Source: a virus
Taxonomy: Duplodnaviria > Heunggongvirae > Uroviricota > Caudoviricetes
Length of the DNA: 35,890 bases
Strand: one strand, 5' to 3'
IMG/VR virus record: IMGVR_UViG_2909303794_000009
Every line of letters starts with the position of its first letter. The stretch's first letter is position 1. The notes beneath the pieces were generated by a model. It worked only from the letters and a program-made list of their open reading frames with translations. It did no database searches and was not told the origin of the DNA. Position numbers and translations under genes: made by a program. Shown here in pieces: positions 1 to 10,551 of this stretch.

Positions 1-585
1 CTATTCGATAATGGGTACTGTTGGCCATTCAATATCCGGTGCAGTTGTTGTATTAACACGGTTCAGCAACACCCGATATTTTTTCCAGGCTTCCAGCAAT
101 GAGGTTTCTTCCTCCGTTGCGATCTCCAGATCTACAGCATCCTGAAGTGGCGCTATATGCTCACTGGCTACCTGCATCAGGCTGTTTTTTGTTTCTTCCG
201 CCTCCCGGATCCGGAACAGTTTTTCTGCTTCCGTATCCTTCACCCAGGCTGTGCCGTTCCACTTCTGATATTCCCCTTCCGGCGATAACCAGGTGACATT
301 TTCCGGTAACGAGCCAAGTTCAGAAATAAATAACGCGTCGCCGGAAGCCACGTCATAGACGGTTTTTCCCCGATGATCTTCAACGAGATGCCACGATGCC
401 TCATCACTGTTGAAAACAGCCACAAAGCCAGCCGGAATATCTGGCGGTGCAATATCGGTACTGTTTGCTGGCAGACCTGTATGAGGCGGAATATATGCGT
501 CACCTTCACCAATAAATTCATTAGTTCCGGCCAGCAGATTATAAATTTTTATGGTCCGTGCTTGTTCACTCATTCTGAATGCCAT
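1..585 (-). CDS. tfa: Tail fiber assembly protein (lambda Tfa-like, 194 aa)
   Basis: ORF-track protein [24 protein letters not shown]... matches lambda Tfa as I recall it in length and sequence; start overlaps the stf stop by 1 nt (ATGA). Confidence 0.9.
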   Translation of the reverse strand: MAFRMSEQARTIKIYNLLAGTNEFIGEGDAYIPPHTGLPANSTDIAPPDIPAGFVAVFNSDEASWHLVEDHRGKTVYDVASGDALFISELGSLPENVTWLSPEGEYQKWNGTAWVKDTEAEKLFRIREAEETKNSLMQVASEHIAPLQDAVDLEIATEEETSLLEAWKKYRVLLNRVNTTTAPDIEWPTVPIIE

Positions 586-3500
586 TATGCAAGCCTCACA
601 ATATAGTTAAATGCGATATTTTTGACGGTGTTTTCCGCGTTACCAGCAGCGTTAACGGTGATGGTGTGTCCATGTGAGCCAATCGCAACCGAGTGCGTAT
701 GAGCACCAATACCCACAGTATGTGCGTGTGCACCTGCGCTTGCAGCAGTACCCGATACAGAGTGCGTATGAGCGCCTGCAGAAGAAGTGTTAACACTGTA
801 TTTAGAATAATCAGATGCTCCACTTCCCGGAGCACCACTGGAACCACCTGAAACAAATGTCATCGAATGGGTATGTGCACCGGCTGAAGCAGCCGTACCG
901 CTAACACTATGGGTATGCGCCCCGGTGTTATTCGTGGATTTAGTGCCGTAATCAAACGACGATGTGGTTTTCGTACCCAAATCCGTACTGGATGCGCTGG
1001 CGCTGTGGGTGTGCGATTTAATGCCGTCCTGTTCCTGAGACAATATGGCTCGACCACTGGCGGGCTTGCCCTTAATCATCCAGCCACGCATATCAGGGAT
1101 CACGCCTGACGGATAAGCAGCTGCAAGTTTCGGGTAAGCAGATTTGTCAAAAGTCTGCCCCTGCATCAGGGCATAACCAGACGGAACGGTATCTGATGGC
1201 CACGGGATTGGTGCGCCGACTGGGTAGCTTTCTGGTGGAAGATTTTTCGAGGTATAAACTTCTGCCCAGTCTTCCTCAAAACCATAACCGTCTCTTGAAG
1301 AACGGTAGAACAGACCACCATTTCTGTAATGCGCCTTCATCTGCAAGGTCCGGCAACTTCCGACTCCGGTATAGAAGTTAACCAGAATATAGCTGTCGCC
1401 AGAGCGAGTGACATTGTAAGCGCCTGATTCGGCATTCCAGGGAACGCCCCCATCCGCATCGGCATACGTATCCGTTGCTCTTCTGGCAAAAGCAGCAACA
1501 TGCGCAGCGGTTAAAGTGATATCAGTAGAACCATCAAACGAAACACCAGATATTTTTATTGCTGTCTGAAGTTTCGTAGCTGTATCAGAATTTCCCTTAA
1601 TCCCCTTAGGAGAATTAAGTGGTGTATTGATCGTCACTTCACCTGTTGCGTTATTTACTGCAAATGGTCGAAGACCGTTCCAGCCACCGTACTGGTCGCC
1701 TTTATCAGTCATGAGCAAGTAAGTATTTGCTCCATCATTTCGCCATATGACACCGTAATCACCTGCAATCATCCTTAACGCGTTCTGACTACGGACAATA
1801 ACTTCATCATTAGCGTAAATCTTATTCCCGCTAATGTCTGACTTACTCAAAACAGGATACGAACTATAAAATCCATTACCTTGTTTAAAATCTAAAATTA
1901 AATTTACCGCAACTGATTCAGAATAAGGATCAGTTGCGCCAAATTTATAAGTCGTTTCAGCAACAATATAATCAGAAGCAGGTGCAGTAACGGAGAGACC
2001 TTCTTCTAAAAAGACCTCTACGGGAAATGCCCCACCTTCTATATAGAATACGCTGTCTACGGTATCGCCTTTATTACTCATCAGAATGGAATGAATAGCG
2101 CGTTCCGATGATGAATAAGCCCAGAACATACCACAGGCATAGCTACCCCGGTCCGTCCAGCCGCCTGCGCAAACAAAACCATTAAACTCACAATTATTCA
2201 TTCTGTGATTAGCTAAGCGACTTGGCGTTGAAATGACAACGCGGGATGCCCGATGGCTGTCATTCCTTTTTATCACTAACGGATAATATTTACCTTCCTG
2301 GACACCCGCCGGGGCATTTACCACAACGTATCGCATCCCCTTTTTCTGATCCACTTCACCTTTGCTGTAAACATTAATGTTACTCAGGAAGCGGTCCTTG
2401 TCGGGAATATCAGCACCGTTCTGGTCTTTCTGCAGACGTTTCTCTGCATTGTCATAGGCTGCTTTTACTGCCTTTGGCGTTGCCGCCAGTGACTCGGAAG
2501 TGCTGTTAGTCGCACTACTGAGCTGTACTATCCCCTTTTTCGTCGTGCTCGCATCCTCAAGCGCCACGGCGGATGCAATATCCTCTGCCCGTTTTGCCGC
2601 TGTCTCAGCGCGCGTTGCTGCAGATTCCGCCGTACTTTTGCTCTGTGCTGCCGCCGTCGCACTACCAGCAGCCTCTGTCGCCTTCGTGGATGCCGTCGTG
2701 GCGCTGCCCTTCGCTGCTGACGCCTGTCTGGTCGCCTCATCTTTTGAAGCAGACGCCGATGATGCCGATGACGCCGCCGAACTGGCGGACGATGCGGCAG
2801 CCGTTTTTGAGGATTCTGCACGGGTTTCCGACGCTTTCGCGTTCGTTTCGGATGTCTTCGCTGCGGAAGCTGACCTCGCTGCTGCGCTGGCCTGTTCAGT
2901 GGCTTCGCCAGCCTTCGTTGTGGCTGTTGAAGCGGATGATGCGGCGCTTTCTGCCGACTTTCCGGCGGCGGTGGCACTGGCTGAGGCCTGCCCGGCACTT
3001 GTTGACGCGGCACTGGCAGACGACGCAGCCGCTGTTTTTGAGACTGCCGCAGCTGAGGCGCTCTGTCCCGCTGCCGTCTCAGAAGACCTGGCGTTCGTCT
3101 CGGACGTTTTTGCCGCCTTCGCGGAATTTGCTGCCGCCGTTGCCGAGGAAGCTGCGCTACTGGCGCTCGAGGATGCGTTCGTTTCTGATGATTTTGCCGC
3201 CTCTTTTGAAGCCGCCGCATCCCGGGCTGAGGTGGCAGCTTCTGACGCTTTCGTGGTCGCGGTGGATGCAGAAGTGGCGGCTGATTGTTCTGACGCTGCG
3301 GCATTCGTTTCTGACGTTTTCGCGGCACTGGCACTGGTAGCTGCCGCGCTTTTTGAGGACTCTGCAGCGGCAGCACTTTTTTCCGCTTCAGTGGCCTTTG
3401 TTGATGCCGTTCCTGCGCTGGAAGACGCTGACTGAGCCGACGAAGCGGCCTGTCCGGCTGACGTGCTGGCTGCGCGTGCTGAGCCTGCAGCATCAGTCGC

Positions 3501-3938
3501 ATGGGTTGCCGCCTCACGGGCAGATGTGCCGGCATCGCCGGCTGACTTCTTCGCGGCTGCCGTGTTCTGTGCCACCGCGGACGCGTTACGCGCCACCTCT
3601 TCCACCATCAGTTCAAAACGGCGCAGTGCCTCCGGACGGGCATCATCCTCCGTCATGGCACCGAGAAAATCATTCAGCGTACCGGGTCGGGAATCTTCAT
3701 ACACGGTGATGGTCCCAGCATGTGACGGCGGGAATCCTTCCACCAACAGAATAACGCTGTACTGACCGTACTCAACGTCCATGCTGTAACGCCCGGCTTC
3801 ATCCGGATTTTCTGAGGCCAGCGTGTTCACCACCACCGTGGTGCTGTTACGTTTTGCTTTCAGCTGGATTGTGCAGTTCTGTACCGGTTTTCCTGTGCCG
3901 TCTTTCAGTACACCTGAAATCTTTACTGCCATATTCAC
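585..3938 (-). CDS. stf: Side tail fiber protein, long variant (1117 aa) with lambda-like N and C termini and a distinct central domain
   Basis: N-terminus [29 protein letters not shown]... and C-terminus ...[40 protein letters not shown] are lambda Stf-like; middle ~450 aa differ; sits between lom and tfa. Confidence 0.85.
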   Translation of the reverse strand: MNMAVKISGVLKDGTGKPVQNCTIQLKAKRNSTTVVVNTLASENPDEAGRYSMDVEYGQYSVILLVEGFPPSHAGTITVYEDSRPGTLNDFLGAMTEDDARPEALRRFELMVEEVARNASAVAQNTAAAKKSAGDAGTSAREAATHATDAAGSARAASTSAGQAASSAQSASSSAGTASTKATEAEKSAAAAESSKSAAATSASAAKTSETNAAASEQSAATSASTATTKASEAATSARDAAASKEAAKSSETNASSSASSAASSATAAANSAKAAKTSETNARSSETAAGQSASAAAVSKTAAASSASAASTSAGQASASATAAGKSAESAASSASTATTKAGEATEQASAAARSASAAKTSETNAKASETRAESSKTAAASSASSAASSASSASASKDEATRQASAAKGSATTASTKATEAAGSATAAAQSKSTAESAATRAETAAKRAEDIASAVALEDASTTKKGIVQLSSATNSTSESLAATPKAVKAAYDNAEKRLQKDQNGADIPDKDRFLSNINVYSKGEVDQKKGMRYVVVNAPAGVQEGKYYPLVIKRNDSHRASRVVISTPSRLANHRMNNCEFNGFVCAGGWTDRGSYACGMFWAYSSSERAIHSILMSNKGDTVDSVFYIEGGAFPVEVFLEEGLSVTAPASDYIVAETTYKFGATDPYSESVAVNLILDFKQGNGFYSSYPVLSKSDISGNKIYANDEVIVRSQNALRMIAGDYGVIWRNDGANTYLLMTDKGDQYGGWNGLRPFAVNNATGEVTINTPLNSPKGIKGNSDTATKLQTAIKISGVSFDGSTDITLTAAHVAAFARRATDTYADADGGVPWNAESGAYNVTRSGDSYILVNFYTGVGSCRTLQMKAHYRNGGLFYRSSRDGYGFEEDWAEVYTSKNLPPESYPVGAPIPWPSDTVPSGYALMQGQTFDKSAYPKLAAAYPSGVIPDMRGWMIKGKPASGRAILSQEQDGIKSHTHSASASSTDLGTKTTSSFDYGTKSTNNTGAHTHSVSGTAASAGAHTHSMTFVSGGSSGAPGSGASDYSKYSVNTSSAGAHTHSVSGTAASAGAHAHTVGIGAHTHSVAIGSHGHTITVNAAGNAENTVKNIAFNYIVRLA
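2550..3610 (-). repeat. Low-complexity Ala/Ser/Thr-rich repeat region encoded within stf
   Basis: Protein residues ~110-460 are reiterated A/S/T/E/K motifs (e.g. KTSETNA..., SASSAASSA...); the GC-rich repetitive DNA creates long stop-free alternative frames on both strands. Confidence 0.6.
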
Positions 3939-3939
3939 C

Positions 3940-3972
3940 CCACAAAAAAGCCCGCCTGAACCGGCGGGCTGT
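3940..3972 (-). terminator. Putative intrinsic terminator between lom and stf
   Basis: Minus strand reads AGCCCGCC-GGTTCA-GGCGGGCT followed by TTTTTTGT; GC stem plus U tract immediately 3' of the lom stop. Confidence 0.5.
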
Positions 3973-3996
3973 CATAACACTGTGTTACCTGGCTAA

Positions 3997-4596
3997 TCAG
4001 AATTTATAACCGACACCCACGATGAAACCGTCAGTGCGCCAGTCACCACTGCCGGAGCCTTCATAAGCAATATCAATGGCCACGGATTCGGTCGGGTTAA
4101 ACTGCACGCCAGCTCCCCACGCCAGAGACGTGTTGCTGTGGCGACCGTCATCACTTCCGGTCAGCACGTCGTGCGTTTTCCCCTTGTTGTCAATTACGCG
4201 GAGATAATCCCCGGAGAAAGTCGACACACGGCTGTAAGCCACACCCGCCATCGCATACGCGCTGAACCATTCATTCACGCGCACAGACGGCCCCGCCATT
4301 ACGCTGAACCAGCGGTTACGCACGGAATCTTCATGCCAGCGGGTATCGCTGTAACGGGTAAGCTGGCGATTCTTGTCTCCTGCATAGCTGAATGACGTCA
4401 CCATTCCCAGCGTGTCCGTAAACTCATAACGGTATTTCACGTTAATCCCGTTCAGATCATCGCTGCCGGAAACGTTCGTCGAGGCATGAAGATAGCCCGC
4501 GCTCAGCGTGGACTGATGTTCAGACGCCCATGCAGGCGCACCGGATACGGCCAGACAGATGGCTGCGGACAAAATGGCGGCATAAAGTTTACGCAT
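3997..4596 (-). CDS. lom: Outer membrane protein Lom (Ail/OmpX-family beta-barrel, 199 aa)
   Basis: Signal peptide [24 protein letters not shown], ends in aromatic ...GVGYKF typical of OM beta-barrels; lambda Lom-like sequence and position between J and stf. Confidence 0.9.
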
Positions 4597-4614
4597 AATT
4601 ACCTCTCGCTTTTC

Positions 4615-4646
4615 TGCAATAAAAAAGGCGTCATTTCTGACGCCCG
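4615..4646 (-). terminator. Putative intrinsic terminator downstream of J
   Basis: Minus strand GGGCGTCA-GAAA-TGACGCC followed by TTTTTTATTG, then the lom RBS (GAGAGG) and ATG. Confidence 0.5.
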
Positions 4647-4662
4647 TTCTGGGTTATAAAAT

Positions 4663-7600
4663 TCAGCTGATACTGATACCTGCTGTGGATTTTTTCATCA
4701 CCACAACCAGCAGATCGCTGATACTGGTTGTTGGTGTCCAGTTATTCGCTCCTGATGAAGATACGGTGAATGTCAGTGTCAGCGTCCCCTGTCCGGCAGG
4801 CATATCTATAACGGAGGAAAATACGCCCTGAGCATCCGTCGTGGACTGATTAAAAATCTCCTGACCATTGCGGGTCACTCTTAACCGGCAGGTTGAATAC
4901 CAGTATGACTGTTGGTTATTACTGTTGAAATTCTCATGCTTACCACCGCGGAATAACACTGGCGGTATCATGACCTGCCGGTCAAATTTCTGATCATCAC
5001 TGATTCTTACCGTGATGGTGCCACTGGCATAAGTGCTCGTGCGGGGGAAAGACTTGCTGACCGTTTTGACAATATCGCCTTCAATCTGATTGGCTGACAG
5101 TTTCCCCTTAATCTGACAGTTCTCATTAATCGTGACGTTGTTGAGCGTCCCGGAGTTCGCATTCACACTGCCACTGATATCCGCATTTTTAGCGGTCAGC
5201 TTTCCGTCCGGTGTCAGGGAAAAGGCCGGAGGATTGCCGCCGCTGGTAATGGTGGGGGCCGTCAGGCGCTTCAGGAACACTTCATTCATGAATATCTGAT
5301 CACCCTGACCAACAAACATCGGTTTTGTGTTGCCATTCGCAGGATTAATCATCGCAATCCTGTCTGCCGCCAGCAGCACCTGACTCTGCATTCCTGCTGG
5401 CGTATTCTCAATACCGGCACCGATACCCGCAATATAAAGGCGTCCGTCCTTCATCTGTTGCAGCTTCACAGCCCACATGCTGTTCAGATTATTATTTGTA
5501 TCAACCTGAACCTTCTGTATCTGCTGGATCGCTGCACTCTGGTCTTCCAGTTTCTTATTGACGGTCTGTGTGATTTCATTGCTGACATCCGTAATGGACG
5601 TCCTGATTTCAGCCAGGTCAGGCGCAAGCTGACCGTTATCAATCTGCGTCCACAGCTCCTGAGCCAGATGGGTTTTCCCTATCTCGCCTTTGAAAAAATC
5701 CAGATAGCCTGATGCATCATCACTCGGCTGACCGACAGCCTCCACGAATGCCGATTTGCCAACGGTGTTCACACTGCGAACGTAAAAATAATAATCATGG
5801 CCCGGTTTGATATTGATACTGGCGGCTATCCAGTACAGTGCCGTACCAAGATAACGCGCGCTGGTTTCAACCTGCCTGATATCCGCAATCCGTTTTTCCG
5901 AGAACCAGAACTCAAACTGTACCGTCGGGTCATAAACCGCAAGATGCGGCGTGGCGGTTATCTGAAAATAGCCCGGCGTCAGCTCAATCCGCGACGGCGC
6001 TGCCGGTGCGGCAATCCGGAACGATACCGACGCCGGATCGCCCTGCTGCCCCCACGCATTTACTGCCCGGACTGTCAGCCTGTAGTTCCCCAGAGCCAGT
6101 TGTGTGAAGCGGTAAGTGGTTTCCGTCGTCCGGGCCGTGCTGACCAGCCGCTCACGGCCGTCATCCGCTGCCACGGTCAGGCGAAGCAGGAAGCTCACGC
6201 CCTTCACCACCTTCGGCGTGTCCCAGCGGGCCAGCACCTGGTATTCCCCGCTGTCTGCGGTGACTTCTGCGGTCAGGTGCTGCACCGCTGGCGGCGTGAC
6301 ACCATTTACCGTGCCGCTCTGGTCGCCGTCAAAGTGCGCCCCGTTATCCACGATGGCCTCTTTTTCCGGTACATGCTGCACGGCGGTGATGGCATACGTG
6401 CCGTCGTCGTTCTCACGGATACTCACGCAGCGGAACAGGCGCTGGCGCAACGTCGGCAGCTTCAGCCCCCATACGCTGTATTCAGCAACGCCGTCAGGAA
6501 CACGGCTCACTTTCACCTTCACGCCGTCGGTGACGGACTGAACCTCCACGCTGACCGGACTCCCCTGCCCGTCAACCAGGCTTATCAGCGTGGTGCCGGA
6601 AGATGGCAGCGTGATTTCACGGTCGAGCGTCAGCGTCCGGGTCTGGCTGTTTACCGCCAGCACGCGCCCGCCGGTGCGGATACCGGCATAGTCATCATCG
6701 CAGATTTCAATGACATCGCCCGGTACATGGCGAAGCCCTTCGGCACCCACGCTGAAGTCCACGGTCTGCGTTTCCAGCAGTTCTGTTTTAATCAGCCACA
6801 GCCCGGCGCGGTGTGCCTGCCCCCGGCTGGTACAGCCAAAAGCATCCATCTTCGTGACGTTACGACCGTAACGGGCAATGGCCTGCGTGTCCTCCACAAG
6901 CTCTGTCGCCGTCTCCCAGCCGTTATTCGGGTCAATCCAGTTCACCTCAACGGCATTATGGCGGTCCTTCAGGGCGCTGAAGCTGTAGCGGAACGGCGCA
7001 CCATCATCCGGCATCACCACATTACTGCGGTTATAGGTCCACACCTTATCCGACGGTCGGTCCTGCACGAACGTCAGCGTCTGCCCGTTCCATACCGGCA
7101 TACAGCGCATCGCAGAGCAGAAATCACTGAGCACATCCCACGCCTTGCGCTGTGTGGTCAGGTACGCATTACAGGTGATGCGCGGCTCCGTGCCGCCAAA
7201 ACCGTCCGGCACCGACTGATCGCAATGCTGGCCGATGACATACAGCGCCCATTTGTCCACATCCGCCGCACCAAGACGTTTCCCCATGCCGTAGCGCGGA
7301 TGGGTCAGCATATCCCACAGACACCAGGCCATGTTGTTGCTGTATGCTGGCTTAAACGTTCCGTCCCAGATACCGCTGTATTGCCGCGTCTGCGGGTTAT
7401 AGTTCGACGGCACCTGCAGAATGCGCCCACGCAGATGATAATTACGACTCACCTGCTGACTGCCGAACTGCTCCGAGTCCACCTGTACGCCGACCAGTGC
7501 CGTGTTCGGGTAGCACTGTTTCACATCGATGATTTCGGTATATGACGACCAGAGCGTTTTGTTCTGCAGCTGGTCTGTGGTGCTGTCCGGCGTCATCCTG

Positions 7601-8145
7601 CGCATCCGGATATTAAACGGGCGCGGCGGCAGGTTATCCACCACCACCGAGGCCAGATACTGTGAGGTGGTTTTTCCCTTAATGGTGATGTCTTTTTCCG
7701 TCACCCAGCCACCGTTACGCTGTATCTGAACCAGCAGGCGGACTTCCGACGGATTCCGGTCCCCCTTTGAGGTGGTTTCCACCAGTGCCTGCACACCGAA
7801 AGTAAAGCGCAGACGATCGATGTTTGCCGACGTGATGGTGCGGGTGATCGGCGTGTCGTATTTCACTTCCGTACCCAGCACCGTCTCAGAGCCGGAGGAT
7901 TCAAATCCCTCCGGCGGTGTCTGCTCCTGCTCACCGGCCCGGAACACCACCGTGACGCCGGAGATGTTGGTATTACCTTCACTGTCCAGCACCGGCGTAC
8001 TGTTCAGCAGCACGCTTTTTAATCCATCCACCGGACCTTCAATCGGCCCTTCGCTGATGGCATCAATCACACTCAGCAACTGCGTGGATTTGAGGTTGTC
8101 CTTCGCTTCGCGCGGGGTATGCCCCTTACTGCTGCCTTTACCCAT
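4663..8145 (-). CDS. J: Tail tip host-specificity protein J (central tail fiber), 1160 aa
   Basis: N-terminus [34 protein letters not shown]... is lambda J-like; the C-terminal ~150 aa diverge from lambda J. Confidence 0.9.
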   Translation of the reverse strand: MGKGSSKGHTPREAKDNLKSTQLLSVIDAISEGPIEGPVDGLKSVLLNSTPVLDSEGNTNISGVTVVFRAGEQEQTPPEGFESSGSETVLGTEVKYDTPITRTITSANIDRLRFTFGVQALVETTSKGDRNPSEVRLLVQIQRNGGWVTEKDITIKGKTTSQYLASVVVDNLPPRPFNIRMRRMTPDSTTDQLQNKTLWSSYTEIIDVKQCYPNTALVGVQVDSEQFGSQQVSRNYHLRGRILQVPSNYNPQTRQYSGIWDGTFKPAYSNNMAWCLWDMLTHPRYGMGKRLGAADVDKWALYVIGQHCDQSVPDGFGGTEPRITCNAYLTTQRKAWDVLSDFCSAMRCMPVWNGQTLTFVQDRPSDKVWTYNRSNVVMPDDGAPFRYSFSALKDRHNAVEVNWIDPNNGWETATELVEDTQAIARYGRNVTKMDAFGCTSRGQAHRAGLWLIKTELLETQTVDFSVGAEGLRHVPGDVIEICDDDYAGIRTGGRVLAVNSQTRTLTLDREITLPSSGTTLISLVDGQGSPVSVEVQSVTDGVKVKVSRVPDGVAEYSVWGLKLPTLRQRLFRCVSIRENDDGTYAITAVQHVPEKEAIVDNGAHFDGDQSGTVNGVTPPAVQHLTAEVTADSGEYQVLARWDTPKVVKGVSFLLRLTVAADDGRERLVSTARTTETTYRFTQLALGNYRLTVRAVNAWGQQGDPASVSFRIAAPAAPSRIELTPGYFQITATPHLAVYDPTVQFEFWFSEKRIADIRQVETSARYLGTALYWIAASINIKPGHDYYFYVRSVNTVGKSAFVEAVGQPSDDASGYLDFFKGEIGKTHLAQELWTQIDNGQLAPDLAEIRTSITDVSNEITQTVNKKLEDQSAAIQQIQKVQVDTNNNLNSMWAVKLQQMKDGRLYIAGIGAGIENTPAGMQSQVLLAADRIAMINPANGNTKPMFVGQGDQIFMNEVFLKRLTAPTITSGGNPPAFSLTPDGKLTAKNADISGSVNANSGTLNNVTINENCQIKGKLSANQIEGDIVKTVSKSFPRTSTYASGTITVRISDDQKFDRQVMIPPVLFRGGKHENFNSNNQQSYWYSTCRLRVTRNGQEIFNQSTTDAQGVFSSVIDMPAGQGTLTLTFTVSSSGANNWTPTTSISDLLVVVMKKSTAGISIS

Positions 8146-8205
8146 TCCTCACGCTCCATAAACGACAAAACCGCCCGCAGGCGGTTTCACATAAAACATT
8201 TTGCA

Positions 8206-8877
8206 TCAGCGACCAATCACCACAACCTGACCACCATCCCCTTCGTCTGCCGTGCTGATCTCCTGAGAAACCACGCGTGACCCCACGCGCATTTCCCCGT
8301 ACAGAACAGGCAGAACATTGCCCTGGGCAACCATGTTATCCAGTGAGGAGAAATAGGTGTTCTGCTTACCGTTATCCGTTGTCTGTGTACGGGGAGTTCT
8401 GGCTTTCGGTGCCAGCATCTGCGCCACACCACCGAGCACCATACTGGCACCGAGAGAAAACAGGATGCCGGTCATACTACCGGCCCCAATGGCTGCCCCC
8501 CATGCTGCAAGGGTGGCTCCGGCGGTAAAGAATGATCCGGCAATGGCGGCAGCCCCCAGGACAATCTGGAATACGCCACCTGACTTGGCCCCGGCGACTC
8601 TGGGAACAATATGAATCACAGCGCCATCAGGCAGAGTCTCATGTAACTGCGCCGTTAACCCGGACGTGCTGACGTCCCGCCCGGCAATCCGTACCTGATA
8701 CCAGCCGTCGCTCAGTTTCTGACGAAACGCCGGGAGCTGTGTGGCCAGTGCCCGGATGGCTTCAGCCCCCGTTTTCACACGAAGGTCGATGCGGCGACCA
8801 AATCGTTGTAAATCCCCGTAAAGGCAGATGCGCGCCATGCCCGGTGACGCCAGAGGGAGTGTGTGCGTCGCTGCCAT
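8206..8877 (-). CDS. I: Tail tip assembly protein I (223 aa)
   Basis: Length and sequence lambda I-like (ubiquitin-like N-terminal region, hydrophobic Gly/Ala-rich segment); overlaps the 3' end of K as in lambda. Confidence 0.85.
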   Translation of the reverse strand: MAATHTLPLASPGMARICLYGDLQRFGRRIDLRVKTGAEAIRALATQLPAFRQKLSDGWYQVRIAGRDVSTSGLTAQLHETLPDGAVIHIVPRVAGAKSGGVFQIVLGAAAIAGSFFTAGATLAAWGAAIGAGSMTGILFSLGASMVLGGVAQMLAPKARTPRTQTTDNGKQNTYFSSLDNMVAQGNVLPVLYGEMRVGSRVVSQEISTADEGDGGQVVVIGR

Positions 8878-9518
8878 TTGTCTGTATACCTCTCTCGTTT
8901 GCTCAGTTGTTCAGGAATATGGTGCAGCAGCTCGCCGTCGCCGCAGTAAATGGCGGCGTGATTCGGCACTGATGAACCAAAACAGCACAGCAGCACATCG
9001 CCCGGCTGTGCCGCTGACAACGGCACCTGATACAGCCCCGTCGCCTCCAGATTATCCAGATAGAGATTCTGGCCGTTACGCCACCAGTCATCCTCACGAT
9101 GAAAGTCCGGCATCTCAATCCCCGCCAGATGATAAGCATCCCGGAACAGTGTGTAACAGTCCGTCACCCCGTGCTCAAAGCGCCGCCCGGTGAGATGCGG
9201 CACACAGCGGAACTTATGAATCGTCCCCCGGCAGACCAGCCACCACGGCAAATCACTCTGCACCTGCAGCCGCCGGTCGGCCTCACTCAGCCAGGGCAGA
9301 CCACCGGGGTGGCTGTGGACCAGCGCCACAATCTCACCCTGCATCTCTGCCTGCAGCCAGTCTTCCGGCGACATACGGAAATACGCCTCCGGCTCACCGG
9401 AGATATTCACGCAGGGAAAATATCTTTCCCCCTCCGGCGTGCTTACCACGAAGCCGCACGACTCCGCTGGCGCACATCGCCGGGCGTGCGCCAGAATCGC
9501 TGATTCTGTCTGTGTCAT
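8775..9518 (-). CDS. K: Tail tip assembly protein K (NlpC/P60-like with JAB/MPN-like region); longest ORF 247 aa, conventional 199-aa start at ~9374
   Basis: Contains HSHP...SEAD (JAMM-like) and a C-terminal Cys/His peptidase-like region; lambda K-like. The ORF extends 48 codons upstream of the classical MSPEDW start and begins 5 nt after the L stop. Confidence 0.8.
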   Translation of the reverse strand: MTQTESAILAHARRCAPAESCGFVVSTPEGERYFPCVNISGEPEAYFRMSPEDWLQAEMQGEIVALVHSHPGGLPWLSEADRRLQVQSDLPWWLVCRGTIHKFRCVPHLTGRRFEHGVTDCYTLFRDAYHLAGIEMPDFHREDDWWRNGQNLYLDNLEATGLYQVPLSAAQPGDVLLCCFGSSVPNHAAIYCGDGELLHHIPEQLSKRERYTDKWQRRTHSLWRHRAWRASAFTGIYNDLVAASTFV

Positions 9519-9523
9519 GGGAT

Positions 9524-10222
9524 TTACTGCGAAAGTTTGTTAATGGAAAGGAAGCCGCCAAAGTTGCCGACGTTATTGCGGAACTTACAACCGCTCAGGC
9601 ATTTGCTGCATTTATCCTTCGTGATATCGGACGTTGGCTGGTCATATTCATCCGCGACAGCCGGACCGCTATAACCGCACTCGTCACCGCGATAGGTCCA
9701 GGTGCAGGTGTTGGCCAGCATGATACGTCCCGGAAAAACAGCGCCATCCGTTTCCGTCGGCGTGGACAGTACAAAGGAGGCACTCACCGCGCTCAGTTCG
9801 CTGCACTGCTCAATGCGCCAGCGGCTGATCACCTCCTGCTCCGGATCGGCGTAACTGTTTCCGTTGACGAAGTTCACCGCATCCAGAAAACGGGCGTAAA
9901 CCTTACGCCGGACCACCGTTCCGCCGACCAGACTCTGCATATCTTCCGCCATCCCGGTGACCATACCGTACAGGTTAGAAACCGTCAGCGTGGGGCGCGT
10001 ACTGGTGCCTTTGCCATTCAGTTCAAAACCGCTCCCCTGAATGGGATACGGCTGATACTGTCGCCCCTGCCAGGTGACCGGCTCACCTTTTTCGTTCTGC
10101 TCATTACAGAAAAAATAACGTTCTCCACCGACCTCTGTCAGGTCGATTTCCCAGAGCACCACGCTGGCCGACTGCTCCGCACGGGTGCATTCATTCAGTG
10201 TTTCCTGCCGGATATTCTGCAT
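9524..10222 (-). CDS. L: Tail tip assembly protein L (232 aa)
   Basis: Lambda L-like protein with C-terminal Cys cluster (CSKCLSGCKF); gene order M-L-K. Confidence 0.9.
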   Translation of the reverse strand: MQNIRQETLNECTRAEQSASVVLWEIDLTEVGGERYFFCNEQNEKGEPVTWQGRQYQPYPIQGSGFELNGKGTSTRPTLTVSNLYGMVTGMAEDMQSLVGGTVVRRKVYARFLDAVNFVNGNSYADPEQEVISRWRIEQCSELSAVSASFVLSTPTETDGAVFPGRIMLANTCTWTYRGDECGYSGPAVADEYDQPTSDITKDKCSKCLSGCKFRNNVGNFGGFLSINKLSQ

Positions 10223-10551
10223 CAGTTCACCACCTGTTCAAACTCTGCGCTGAACTCAACACGCAACATACTGACCCGCGACGACCATTTTGCGCAGGTC
10301 ACCTTTATCTGCCGCCACTCATAAGGCGGCGTCCACAGAAAGGATTTCCAGCCCCCGTGCTCTTCCAGAAACGACTCCAGTACCGTGGCCTCCTCACGGG
10401 GGACAGAAAGCGTCACGCTGTACGTTTTCAGGTTGGCATTCAGCCCGGCAGGCGCTCGCTGAGAATAGCCATCACCAAAGCGCACCTTTCTTACAGAAGG
10501 GACCGAAGCCACATCCATACCGGGTTTCACTTTCCAGCGGAAGGTCTTCAT
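10222..10551 (-). CDS. M: Tail tip protein M (109 aa)
   Basis: Lambda M-like length and sequence; 4-nt overlap with H and 1-nt overlap with L. Confidence 0.9.
   Translation of the reverse strand: MKTFRWKVKPGMDVASVPSVRKVRFGDGYSQRAPAGLNANLKTYSVTLSVPREEATVLESFLEEHGGWKSFLWTPPYEWRQIKVTCAKWSSRVSMLRVEFSAEFEQVVN

Noticed and set aside
2500-3535. Long alternative-frame ORFs (311 aa plus strand, 335 aa minus strand) inside stf
   Set aside because: By-product of the repetitive GC-rich A/S/T-coding tract; the translations are poly-Ala or poly-Arg/Pro low-complexity strings with no start context.
5797-7545. 582-aa ORF on the plus strand antisense to J
   Set aside because: Arg/Pro/Gly-rich composition typical of the reverse frame of a GC-rich gene, no RBS context, lies entirely inside a well-supported essential tail gene.
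9512-10324. 270-aa plus-strand ORF antisense to L and K
   Set aside because: Fully overlaps conserved tail genes on the opposite strand; no recognisable domains; likely spurious.
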